This document shows, one piece after another, positions 50,480 through 62,399 of a stretch of DNA of 64,000 bases. Under the pieces are notes generated by a model. It was not told where the DNA came from. It was given only the letters and a program-made list of their open reading frames with translations, and did no database searches. Position numbers and translations under genes: made by a program. The stretch's first letter is position 1. The number at the start of each line of letters is the position of its first letter. The stretch is from Camelus dromedarius (lineage: Eukaryota). Location: NCBI RefSeq assembly GCF_036321535.1, contig NC_087436.1, positions 40,984,001 to 41,048,000 of the forward strand, in the 5' to 3' direction.

Positions 50480-51016
50480 TGTTAGGTAGTTAGATAAGTG
50501 GGGACACTCCGCAGATAAGGAGGGGAGAGGGAGAAAGGTCCGGAAGATGGCGTTATGTCTGCCTCCAGCATAAAGGGACTTTACTTCTAAATGAGCTCCA
50601 GCAAGAAACGGGTTAGAACCTCACAGCCACGACTGCACAGTAGCAGAAAGGACTTAAGTGGACACGAGTCAATGTTCATTGTATTATAATTAACATTGTG
50701 GTTTAGGCTCCCCCTTTGGGTTTTCTATGTACACAATGGGTAAGGACATGTGCAAAGGGATTAAACATGACTAAGCACTCCAGGGACAAAAGCCGTCAAC
50801 CAAAAGACCACCTCTAAGCGAAGGTATAAGAGAAAGGGAGACAAATAGCACTGCAATTCCTCCTTCAGTCAACCCACCTCCCACTCTTGGAGGCATAATC
50901 TTCTTTTCCTAAATAAATTGTTTTGCTACACAATGCTTTCCATTTCTCGTCTATAAATCTGTCTTTTGGTTAAGCCAAGAATCAGGGCTTTTTTTCTGTT
51001 TCCCTTTTGAGTGACA
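50480..51016 (+). mobile_element. Relatively young ERV1-type solo LTR (537 bp)
   Basis: TG...CA ends (tgttaggtagttagataag...gagtgaca), TATA-like gtataaga (~50824), AATAAA (~50912), 4-bp TSD aaga/caga, retained CpGs; splits an L2. Confidence 0.85.
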
Positions 51017-52974
51017 CAGATGCTGGTAGTGAGTAAGGGAGATGTGAGAGTTCATGCAAGCTCTTTTCTAATTGCCTGAGTTTCCTTAGGTAAGCAGGAA
51101 GCAACATCATCAGCTTTAAGTGTGGACAGGGGAATCAGAGTCATAAGGTCTCGAAATTTTGCCAATGGGAAAGTTGTAAAATATTGAGAAGAATGAGAGA
51201 GTGAAGAACATAGGTAAATGCAGTAAAATAGCCTGATAGCAGCATAAGAATCCCATGAAGCTTATGGGCATCAGTTTAAAGTAAGACTTTATGCCTTGAT
51301 GGTTTGTCTGTTGTGTTGTAAACTCACAGTTGCTCTATTGATTGGTTTGGAAATCACTAACTTAAATGATCAATTACTTGTACAAATGCTAAGAGCCTGT
51401 CATAGTGCAAGACACCAGGTTGATGTTTTAGCGTATATTTAAGTCTGTCTGCCTGTAAAAAGGAAACTAACGCCATAATATGCCAACTATGAGATTCCAG
51501 AAATAATTATAGGCTAAGTGAAGGATAATCCCACTACAATTTAACCCTCTGAGCATATTTTAATTGTTGCCTATAAAAAGTCAAGAATATGCATTTTGAA
51601 AATTTAGATGATTTATGTATAAGCAATAAATGTTTTTTTAAAAAGAGCTCAGTCAAATCATTTAGAGCTAACTATATCATCTTTTCTGACAGATGATTTT
51701 ACATATCATGCTGAAATATGCTGTGTTTCACAAAATAAAAAGGAATTTTCTTCTCAAGTAATCCATGCTGCATGGTTTAAGCTAGCAAAAAATACTTGAC
51801 TTTTTCCTCCTTTCCTGCCATTTCCTTGCACTCCCTCCATATGTCCTATCAACAAAATGTTGTTTTGTTGATTTAAGAGCATCAATTACATTGCAAAACA
51901 TGGTTTCTCTCCTTAAAGGCTAAAAATTTCAATTCTTATGATTTTGATAGTATTGGCAATGCTATACATTCAAGAAAAATACTGCCTTTACTCATTTATT
52001 TACCAAGCTCTATGTTGATCTTTTCTTCTTTTTAATTCATTATCACAATTTAACTAAAACTGACTGCCCAATTAACAATGATATTTAGTAGCAGCAATTT
52101 CCTTTTATGTATTTGATGTGTATCTAATGATAAGGATTCAATCACAATTAAGCAAAGATTTTTAAAAATTGAATGAGTTTCTAATAATTCAAGTGCTACA
52201 TGCTGATACTAATTATTAGAATAAAAGTATATTCAGTTTACAAAGTATTTTCTCTCTTAAATTGATGCCACTGACAATTTGATTCTTGATGATTCTACTT
52301 AAATATAATAATTTATTTCTTACTGAATTATATTTACAAATGTCTTATATATTTGAAACACTTAAAAAGGTAAATATAAAATTAAAGTTATTTGAGCCCA
52401 TGATAAATAAAAGGTATGCTGTTTTAAAATATTATGTAAAATATTCTAGATGACTTTTTTAATCTAGAAAATGTAGTGGCTATTTAAAACATGCATTTAT
52501 CAATTTAAAGGAATTAATTATCTTACTTCACATGAAGCAAAACCTAAATTTAAACCAAGTGCCAAAGGCATAGAAAAAATGGACCAGTGAATTGAAGTTT
52601 CTATTGCTTCATTTGAATTCTTTAGTAAATGTTTCTTTCATATGAAACATTCTGTAATCGTACATATATAAATATACATACAACACACAGAGACATACAC
52701 AAACATATATATAATTACACACCCACACAAACTCAAAATTTTGTGCTCATTGATTTTATCTTTAGTAACTGTAGCAGGCTTTACTCAAAACTATGTCTAA
52801 GGTGGCATAAAATTTAATAATATTTAGATCTTTATTATGTTAGAAATGATGCCTGCTTTAAATTCATGCTATTTTAGTTGTGTATCATTTATGGGCAGCT
52901 AACCACTGAAATTTGCTTAAATATGAAAACATATTATTAAAACTAGTATTATCCATATTTTACATATTATACAG

Positions 52975-54005
52975 AATTGAAATTTATTCAAAATGGGTAA
53001 TATATCTAAGAGCTAAAGCTATAGAGCCCATAAAAACTTAAGTAGCAAACATAGGAGAAAATCTTTTACTTTTTGAGTTGGGCAGAGAGTTCCTATAAGC
53101 AAAACCAAAAGAATAATATATTTAAAAAAACAAAAATTATAAATTGGACTTCCTCAAATTTAAAAGTTTTTCTATCTCTAAATAGGTAGTAAGAGAATCA
53201 AAAACAAACTCAGAGAGAAATGTTTGCAAATCAAGTATCTGATAATCCATGAAAAATAAGCACATTAAGAAAATGGTTGATACCATTAGTAATTAGGAAA
53301 GAGCAAATTAAAACCACAACATAAAAGCAAAACACACACACTAGAATGGCTAAAATAAAAAAGACTGAAGGTAGGCAAGAGTCGACAAGGATTTGGAGAA
53401 ACTGGAACCTTCATACATTGCTGTAAAATGGAACAACCTTGGAAAACAATTTGGTAAATTCCTGTAAAGTTTAACATACACTTAGATACCAGCAAGAAAT
53501 TCCACTCCTAGGTATTTACTCTCAGAAAGAAAGAAAAATGAAAACATAGTTCAAAATACAACTGGTACACAAATGTTTGTATCAGCTTTTCCTGTAAGAG
53601 TAAAAGTCTAAAAACTATGTCAATCAATAGGTACATAGATAAACCACATGGGGTATATCCATATAACTGAATATTAGTCAACAATAAGAGTAATGAACTA
53701 TTGCTATATTCAAAACACCAAGAACATGGGTGAAAATATATTTTTAAAAAGCATACTAAGTGAAAGAAGTTAGCAGAAAAGAGCATAGACTGTATGACTA
53801 TATTTATGTAAAATTTAAGCAAATGGAAATCAAGCCTACAGGGATGAAGGTGGAAGAATAAATGGATTACAAAGGGGCACAAGGAAATTTTGGAGTTGAT
53901 GAAAAGTTTTGTCATCTGAATTGGTGATAGTTTCATGAGTAAATATACATATCTCTCAAAACTTATCAAATTATATACTTTAAACAGTATTTTATTATAC
54001 AGAAG
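52975..54005 (+). mobile_element. L1ME1/2-like ORF2 3' end and 3' UTR
   Basis: 'aaacataggagaaaatctt', 'aaattggacttcctcaaatt', 'attccactcctaggtatttac', 'ggattacaaaggggcacaaggaaattttgg', 'caaaacttatcaaattatatactttaaa'. Confidence 0.88.
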
Positions 54006-57000
54006 GATTATTATCATTTTCAATCTCTTTTTTACAGCAAATAAACAATGCAGTGTGGAATTTATAATATATGTAGAAAGAAAATGTAATATGTTTAGAA
54101 ATAGAATGTAAAAGAAGAGCAAAAGGACGGGAGAGCAAAACTGAAGTATATTGTTGGCCACATCACACTACTGATGCTAAAATAACTTACAGCCAACACA
54201 TTTTTCTAATACAAAGTGTCATGAAGTTTGTATCCATAAATAGTAACAATTGTAATTATTTTCCACATTGTTTGTTTAATAAAGAAAAATTAGTTTACCT
54301 ATAGAGACTGTATCTAGGGTAGGACAAAGGTTGTGCTGTATAATATTTAAATGAAGATTCATAAAGTAGATTGAGGAATGGAGGATGAGAGAGACAGAGA
54401 GAATACCAATAATTAATATCTGTCATATGTGTATCTCTCTGTGTGGTGAGTGTGTATTTATGTATAATCACAGTTGGTATGTTAAGCATTCATTTTCAGT
54501 CCCAGAATTTTGAGAGAAAACTAATTTTGACTAAGATAATTACCTCTGAGTTCATATTAATTTCCCCAGAAAGTATCTTTATCTGCATCTGCATGGCTTA
54601 AAGCAAACAATCTATTGTGACATTCACTTTATTTTTGTTTAATTTGCGATAAAAATATAACTACACAATACAGAAATTTACATTTTGACATTTAATGTTA
54701 ACATAATTAAAATAATGGAATGATGGTGTCTACCTCACTTGCATGCAATGAAAAATTACAGAATTATTTGTAATTTGTTTGGTATTATGATTGTTATTCC
54801 TTTTTAGGATGTTCCACCATTGTGTCTATTCGCAAAATAGTCACCCTTTAGTGTATTTATAAAAGCACGTCTACCCTATTATACCATAACTCCTGAGCAT
54901 TTGTGACTGACTTTTTATCCATGGATTTTACAAAATACTAACAATGTAGTAAGATCTACTATTACTGAACACTAAGAACACTTCATTCATTGAGTCATTA
55001 AAATAACTTGCTGAGGAAGAAAGAATGCTCATTTTGCCAGTGAAAATGCTGGTGTTGGGTGTGAGTAAGTTATTTCCTCTAATTACCTTCTCTGATAAAC
55101 GTATGAATGACTTGAAAGCCTGTGCCTTTACCTATTAAGGTATACTACATCCCTACGTTGGTATGTTCTTTTATTTGTCTAGTATTACTGTCCATTTTTC
55201 TCACTTGTAGAACTTAATAAATATCTTACTTTCCCTTATTTAAAAACATGTTTGAACTGCAATTGAGAAAAACAACTTATTAAATATTATTGTTAGGGAA
55301 GTAAATTTATAGCTCATATATATGTGTGTATATATACACATATAACATATATAAATGCTACATAGAATTCACCTTTAAGAAATTATTTATTTGCAGTATA
55401 ATTAATGCTTTATCAGCAAACAGCAAAGTGATGGAGATACTAGTTCGCTGCTAGTTTAAACATTTGCACTCAATAGTCATAAACTGATTTTCATTTACTC
55501 TTTTTTAAGAATTTAATTTAAATTTAATGTTCATCTCAGCTTACCTCTAGGATTCTGAAAATCTCAAAACCATACGAAATATAATTTCATTCTATTCAGG
55601 AGCGTGTTATATTTTCAATAATACCCATGTTAACTTTTCAGATTTATGAATTAAGATGAGCTCTATGTCAGCTCATTTACCATAATGAAACTTTGCATTT
55701 AGGTCCAGTAGATAAAATTGAAGAGTAAATAAGATGGTACTTAAATAGAGCTATTACATATTTGTATATTGTCATTTCAATAACTGATAGCATTAATTAA
55801 CTGATATTGTTTTACTCTCAGGAAACATGAGTGCTCAGACTCTGTAATGTAGCATCTATCTGGCATAGTTTTTAATCATTTTTTCCATTTACAACTTAAA
55901 TCTCACTTACTTTTGGAAGACTTGATAAAGATGTATTTACTATAAATAGAGTGCATTATTCAGATATAAGGTTCTTGACATTCATTATTCAATATTTAAA
56001 GGGGTTATGGAGCTCAGAGGAGCCTATAAATACAAAGTTTTAATAGAAAAAACTTTTAATCTTAATGCAGATTTTAGAGTTTTGCCTTTGATGATTTTTC
56101 CCAACTGACAATCTACTTATCCCCAGGAGGCTTGATTAGATCTTTAATTAACTCAATCTGGAAGTGCAATGACCTCTAATTAAATTAAATTTTGTTTCTT
56201 CTGGCAGCAAAATAATGAACTTATTCAAATGAATTTCACAGCTATCCAAAATCAAACCCACTTAGACAGTAATGGTGGAGTATGTCAATAAGTATACAAC
56301 AAACTGTAGAAAGAAAAGCAAGTTATTAAAATTATGAGGGTTGAACATTTATTTGATTATTATAAGGGAAGCAAATTGTAAACATTTCATATGTAGTGAA
56401 TATGAATAAAAGAAATGTATCTTTGTAAAAGCACATCAGTAAATCATAAAAATTGTAATTATTTTTCTGCGTGATTTCTCTCAAAATCAGTTTAGTTTGC
56501 TGTTGCTCAAAACACTTTTTTAAGATCTATTTTTGAATTGCCTGCAAAATTAGTAAAGTCACATTGGAAACTCGACTATGTATTACCTTTTTTACTGTAT
56601 GATTTAAACATAAATGTATAAGATATGAGTAAAATGCTACGTTCTCTGATGGATCTGTTACACAGAAATTTTAGTAATATAAAAACCTCTACTAAACCAC
56701 TATGTAAAATAATATCAAAGAGAAATATAAAGCTTTGGTAACTTTCAAAGCATTAAATAAAATGCTTTGTCTTATTGCTTATGACCTTAAAATATTTCTT
56801 TATTATAAATATTTTTATTTATAATCATCATTAATTGAGAGCTTTCTTGGGGTAGTTTGTTATTTTTCAATTTATCTTTGATTTTAAAAATCACATGTGA
56901 ACATTTAAACAAAATATAAAATAAATAAATATATTTTAAAAGTTTGTCTTTTAATGCCACAATGCAGATACACTCTGACTTTTTATTTGTATTTTAAATG

Positions 57001-57009
57001 CTTAGTTTT

Positions 57010-57165
57010 GTTTACAGAACTTTTTCTTTTGGTAAAATTCTTATGACGGGGTAATACACATTTTATATGTACACATCAGTGAGTTTGATAAAAGCATGTG
57101 GCCATACGTGTTCCATTAAATGATAAAATATTTTCATTACCCAGAAATCTCTTTTGCACTTCAAT
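57010..57165 (-). mobile_element. L1M 3' end fragment
   Basis: 'atcagtgagtttgataaa...attttcattacccagaaa'. Confidence 0.55.
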
Positions 57166-57609
57166 AATTGGATAAATATTTGAAATAACCTATTGGAACT
57201 CTCACATTGGCCCAAGCAGGTCATATGAACATTTTCATAAATCCCTTACTATGCCTTATGGTGAGAAACAAGCCCATTGCACAATTAATCATTAGACTGG
57301 TCTTTATCTGGGGCTTGATATCGCAACAGATCATAGTATTCTGGCAAGATATGAATGCTAATAACATCAATGCATATCATTTTTTTTTAATGTGACTGAC
57401 TTGAAGTAAGTAAATGTTTGTTGGCATAGCCAAGGAAATATGGATTTAGTACTTATAAGATAAAATATATCTTGAGACACCATGCCCATATATAATTCAT
57501 TAATTTGGCCTCAGATTTATGTTTTATATTTATCTCATTTAAGTTTATCACCAGTAATTATTTTAACAATTCAGAAAACAGTGTGAAATTTTGTTCAGTA
57601 CTTCTTCAT

Positions 57610-58070
57610 TCTCAAAATCCAATCATCACAAAGATCAAAGGGCTTAAATTTCTCTCAAATCCCTTGGCATCTCCTCATTCATACTGAAACTGCTTTAATT
57701 TTGTCCCCCATCATTTCTCACACAGACAGATATCTGCTTCCAGTCTGTCTAACTCATCTCTACACAGGCCTTTCCAATTTTTCTGGAGTGATTATCATAA
57801 AGCACAAACTCAGTTTTGTCCTTTTTGGAAATCAATCTTTCAATAAATTCTAATCATAAAATAGAATCTTCTCAGCATGGCATATATAATCTGTCTACCA
57901 CCAGTCTCTCCACCATTATTTCCTGCATCTCTCCTATGGTCTCAGCATGTGAATAATGTAGCAGTCCCTCAAATGCAAATGTCTCCATGAAGGCTTTTTA
58001 CTTATAGCTTATTTTTCCATTTGCTACTTCTGTAGAAATCACCTCCATCCCACTACCTCTATACTAGTCT
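57610..58070 (+). mobile_element. L2 remnant
   Basis: Pyrimidine-rich sense L2 blocks 'ccatcatttctcac', 'gagtgattatcataaagcacaaactc', 'ctcagcatggcatata'. Confidence 0.65.
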
Positions 58071-59144
58071 TGAGTGATGATATAGGAGGAGTTGATAAGA
58101 ATCATCAATTAAGTCTGACGTCAAAAAAGAACAATGTGTTTAAAACAGAAAACTTTTTAAGGACATCATAAAACCAGTAAGAATTTTGAGATCCCCTCCT
58201 CCTCCACACACGTTTTACCTATTATTCATATATCATGAAGTTTTAGAATGTACTATCTACTTTACATTTTATAGTTCATAAATGAACTTGTGAATTCACA
58301 TGATATTTAATGTTGAAATAAGTCTTTCAAGGTTACCATATAATTCAGTTATTTTGGGGGGAGGGTTATCAATCCAAAACAGTTAAAAGAGGGTCAAGAC
58401 ATGACAGCTTCCTCTTTACTTTATAAATTTATCAACAGTATATTTTTTTCTGATTACATGTCTATGTCCATGTCATGTTTTTTGAACACAATTTTTTTTT
58501 ATGATTTTTGTCCCAAACATATTATTGGCCCATTATGTCCCAAAACATATTAATTACCATTATAAATGTTGTCTTTGGAAAAGAAGCTTCTCCAAACAGA
58601 CATATGTTATAATTCTCAATTAAAAGCATTGAAGCTTAACCACTATATGTGCTTCCATATGATTTGGGAAACAGGCTTCTCTTTCCTATTTTCCTTCTCA
58701 GGTAGTCTTTAAAGAGTTTTCATAAGGAGAATTCCATATTTTTTTTTAATAAAAAGAGCACAATTTTTTTTAAACAAAATTGTAAATATTTGCTTCACTT
58801 CTAGTTCAAAAATATTAGATGATTTGCATTTATACTTACATGAAATTATAGCAGTCTCAAAGTTAGTACTATAAAATGTTTTACATAACTATAGTTTTAT
58901 TTTCTTAACTCTTCTATTGAAATTACAAATTCCCAACTCAATTTTTAATGACACTTAAGGTAAAGCAATTTTGAACTTTTTTATAGGTCATGATGCTCCT
59001 AGTACCATGTCAGTTCTACTCTGTACACCATGTCTGTACAGACATGATTAAGAAAGATATTTAAAATAAAAGATGTTGGTTTATGAATTGCTTCATGGTT
59101 TATCTCTTTTTCTGTTATTTAATCTTACTAGTATCACTATTTTA

Positions 59145-59297
59145 TATTATTTTCTCTTTCAGTTCTACTGAGATATAATTGACATACAGTACTATATGAG
59201 TATAAAGTGTACAGCATGACTTGACTTACACATACCATAAAATGATTATCACAGTAAGCTTAGTGAATAATCATCATCTCATTTAGATGCAAAATTA
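59145..59297 (-). mobile_element. Laurasiatherian L1 3' end (L1MA9-like)
   Basis: 'tgagatataattgacatacag...gtgtacagcatga...aaatgattatcacagtaagcttagtgaa...catcatctcat'. Confidence 0.8.
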
Positions 59298-60025
59298 GAC
59301 TTTTTAGGATATGTCATATATATGGAAACATATAATGTGTAATTTTTGTGTCTAGCTTCTTTCACTTAGTATAAATATTTTGACAATATTTGACAATACC
59401 AAAGATGGTAAATATTGATGATAAATATTTATTTATCACAGTTCTATAGGCTGGGAAGTCCAAGAAGCAGATTCAGTGTCTGATGAGAGACCACTTTCTG
59501 AAATTCATCCATTTTGTAGCTTCTTTCAGTCTATAAATTTTTTTAAATATTGCTGAATAGCATCACATTTTATGTACACACCATCATTCATGTGCCAATT
59601 CACCACTAAATAAACATTTGGATTATTTTAAATTATGAACTGTTACGAATATTGCTTCTACTAAGATTAGTGTACAGTTCTTTGTGTGGATGCGAGTTTT
59701 CATTTCTCATGGGTAGATTGACTGAAAGCAGCTGGATCTCACGGTAAGTCTATGTTTAACTTTTTAAGAAAATGCCAAAGTACTGTCCAGAGACAGTACC
59801 ATTTTACATTCCCTCCATCATTGTATGAGGGTTCGTTTTCTTCACATCCTGGCCAATACTGGCTATTATATATCATTTTAATATGACTGTTCTAGTGAGA
59901 GTGAAATGGTATCTCATTACAGTTTTAATTTGTAATTATTTAATTACTAAAAATGCTGAGCTGCTTTCCATGTGCAAATTTCTTTGGTGAAATGTCAATT
60001 GAATTATCTTGTAAGTTTTTATTTG
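59298..60025 (-). mobile_element. L1MB/ME-like ORF2 3' region, carrying a templated insertion at 59371-59497
   Basis: 'cttctttcacttag', 'gtaagtctatgtttaactttttaagaaaatgccaaa', 'gtgaaatggtatctcatt'. Confidence 0.85.
59423..59497 (+). repeat. Perfect 75-bp direct copy of 61157-61231
   Basis: 75/75 identity by direct comparison. Confidence 0.97.
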
Positions 60026-60026
60026 A

Positions 60027-60341
60027 TGTCATCACATAGATCCTTAGAAGAGGGTGGCAGGAGGATCAGAGACAAAGAGAAGAGGGCAATGTGATAAGAG
60101 AAACAGACTGGAGTGATACTACCACAAGCTAAGGAATGCTCAGATTTACAAGCTGGAAGACCTAAGAAATAGATTTTCTGTGGAGCTTTGAGAAGGAATT
60201 AGCCTAGCAACCACCCTGACTTTAGCCAAGAAAGACCAATTTTGGGCTTCTGATCTTCAGAACCTAAGACAATACATTTTTTATTATTTTAATCCCTATG
60301 TTTGTGGTAATTTGTTACAGCAGAAATATGAAACCAATACA
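60027..60341 (+). mobile_element. MLT1D-like LTR (5'-truncated)
   Basis: 'ccacaagctaaggaatgc', 'caccctgactttagcc', 'tttgtggtaatttgttacagcag...aaaccaataca'. Confidence 0.88.
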
Positions 60342-60344
60342 GGC

Positions 60345-60900
60345 CCTTTCTGTTCTCTCCTGATCATTGATGCACTTTGACACATGCACACAGCTTCTCA
60401 GATCACTAGAGATACATGGGAGTTATCAAGGCCCACTGTGGTTGCCTTACTCCCTGGATATCCTAGTATATTTCTGCTTCATCTATCAGTATTTGCTTGC
60501 CCCAACCGGGTAACAACTTCAGACTAGCTGTAATTTTGTCCCTTCATATTTGTTTGCCACCCAGGTCTGATGTTTCCAATGACTCTCGGAGCGTTTGTAT
60601 TTTTGACTCCACTCCAAAGCAAGTCACCCCCTTATGTCAACAAAGCTGCTAGATTATTAAACTTGTCCTTCACTGGTAAAATATTCTGCTAATGGAACTG
60701 AAGAAACAGGAGCATCCCCAGACTGACATGTCATTGACTCATTTTTCTAAATTGTGGTTCAGTATTTTTCTTGACTGTTTTTCAATTTGTTGTATGACTT
60801 TGATTCCTAACGTCAAGATTTTGCAAAATATGTCCAGTTTTATCCTTCCTAACTGGAGAAGTACTTGCCCAGTTTCTAACTCTCTCACTCCAGAAATCTT
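60345..60900 (-). mobile_element. L1M (L1MC/M4-type) 5' region fragment
   Basis: Antisense blocks 'cacatgcacacagc', 'tttgcttgccccaac', 'ttgtttgccacc', 'atgactttg'. Confidence 0.55.
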
Positions 60901-61095
60901 GCTTCCAATACCATTTGATAATTATAGATATTTTATATTATACTTTAATTTTTAATAATATAAAATTAACTTATTATTCACATTTGCTATTATGCATTGA
61001 CTTTGACAGACATATTTATCCACATGATTTTTAGATAATTAAATTCTTTTCTGACTGTTATGATGTATATATGGACATGTTTTGGTCATAGTAAT

Positions 61096-61441
61096 CATTC
61101 TCATCTGTTCAGGTTGCTAAAACAGAATACCATAAACCGTGCGGTTTATAAACAGAAAATATTTATTTATCACAGTTCTATAGGCTGGGAAGTCCAAGAA
61201 GCAGATTCAGTGTCTGATGAGAGACCACTTTTAGTTCACAGATGACTGTCTTTTCACTGTAGTCTCACACGGCAGAGAGGGCAGGGATCTGTCTGGGATC
61301 TCTTTTATAAGGGCACTGATTCCATTTATGTGGGCTCTACTCTCATGACTTAAATCACTTCCCAAAGGGCTAATTCCAAATTCCATCACACTGGGGATTA
61401 GGTTTCAATGAATCAATGTTAGGAGGATTCAGTTTATAGCA
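61096..61441 (-). mobile_element. MLT1A-like solo LTR
   Basis: Antisense MLT1A ('gctaaaacagaataccata', 'ttttataagggcact', 'catcacactggggattaggtttcaa'); 5-bp TSD gtaat at 61091-61095 and 61442-61446. Confidence 0.92.
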
Positions 61442-62056
61442 GTAATTCTTCAAAACAGCACTCTGTGCCCATGTTGTCAAAACCTAAGGCAGTTCTGATA
61501 TGTTAAAATAAACAAAATCACTTATCTTCAAAAGTACCGAATAAGTCAGCAAGCAATTGTTTTACCGACTTTGTTTTCAACCAACATAATTCAAATGCTT
61601 TCCCTATGTATAGATTTATTAATGGTATGGTCAATAGATATGCCATCTAGAGAACTAAAAATCATACAGATTGATACTTTAAAAAACGTCTATGGGGATA
61701 TAAATATATATTGCTTATTGTAGAAGAAATTATACTTTTAACTCTTCAAATGGGTTACAGTTGTTAATGAATAGACACAGTTAGGAAAAGCTCTTAATTA
61801 AAGCAAATTAGACTAGAGTTTTGTAACTAAGACCCTTTGAGAGCTTTAGAGAAAGGTTTTTTCTTTAACATTTACTTGACATATAAGAAGAGAAATCATT
61901 TATTGGTCAAACTGTGAGATTAAGGAAGAGAGAAGGGTAAAACATAACATGAAAAGACATATTTTTGTCATTCAATTTTACTATTAAAATCTTAGACTTG
62001 GACCCTTTCTTTTTGTATTTTTACCCTTAACTAAGTGGAATTATTTAACTACATAG

Positions 62057-62275
62057 TTTTTTTTTTTAACATTTTGTATTGATTTATAATCATTTTACAA
62101 TGTGTCAAATTCCAGTGTTCAGCACAATTTTTCAGTCATTCATTGACATATACACACTCATTGTCACATTTTTTTCTCTGTGAGTTATCATAACATTTTG
62201 TGTATATTTCCCTGTGCTATACAGTGTAATCTTGTTTATCTATTCTACAATTTTGAACTTAACTTTGAACTTTGA
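62057..62275 (-). mobile_element. Young camelid-type L1 3' end, 5'-truncated
   Basis: Poly-T tail; 'attgatttataatcattttacaatgtgtcaaattccagtg...ttccctgtgctatacagtgtaatc'. TSD atttaactacatagtttt (62043-62060 / 62276-62293) followed by aa, a TTTT|AA endonuclease site. Confidence 0.93.
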
Positions 62276-62399
62276 ATTTAACTACATAGTTTTAAGAAAC
62301 ATTCATGGAATATTGGCTCCCAAATTAACTTCCATCCCACTTTTTTTGAGGAGCAAATCAAACTGTCTAAGCTATTCATATATAAATGATCATTGTTAA

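Noticed and set aside
53508..54161. Longest ORF (217 aa, minus strand)
   Set aside because: Antisense to an L1ME 3' end; the F/L/I-rich composition is the usual artefact of reading A-rich L1 backwards.
54808..55064. Possible exon (cctttttag| ... |gtgagt or |gtaagt)
   Set aside because: Stops in all three frames; no support without transcript data.
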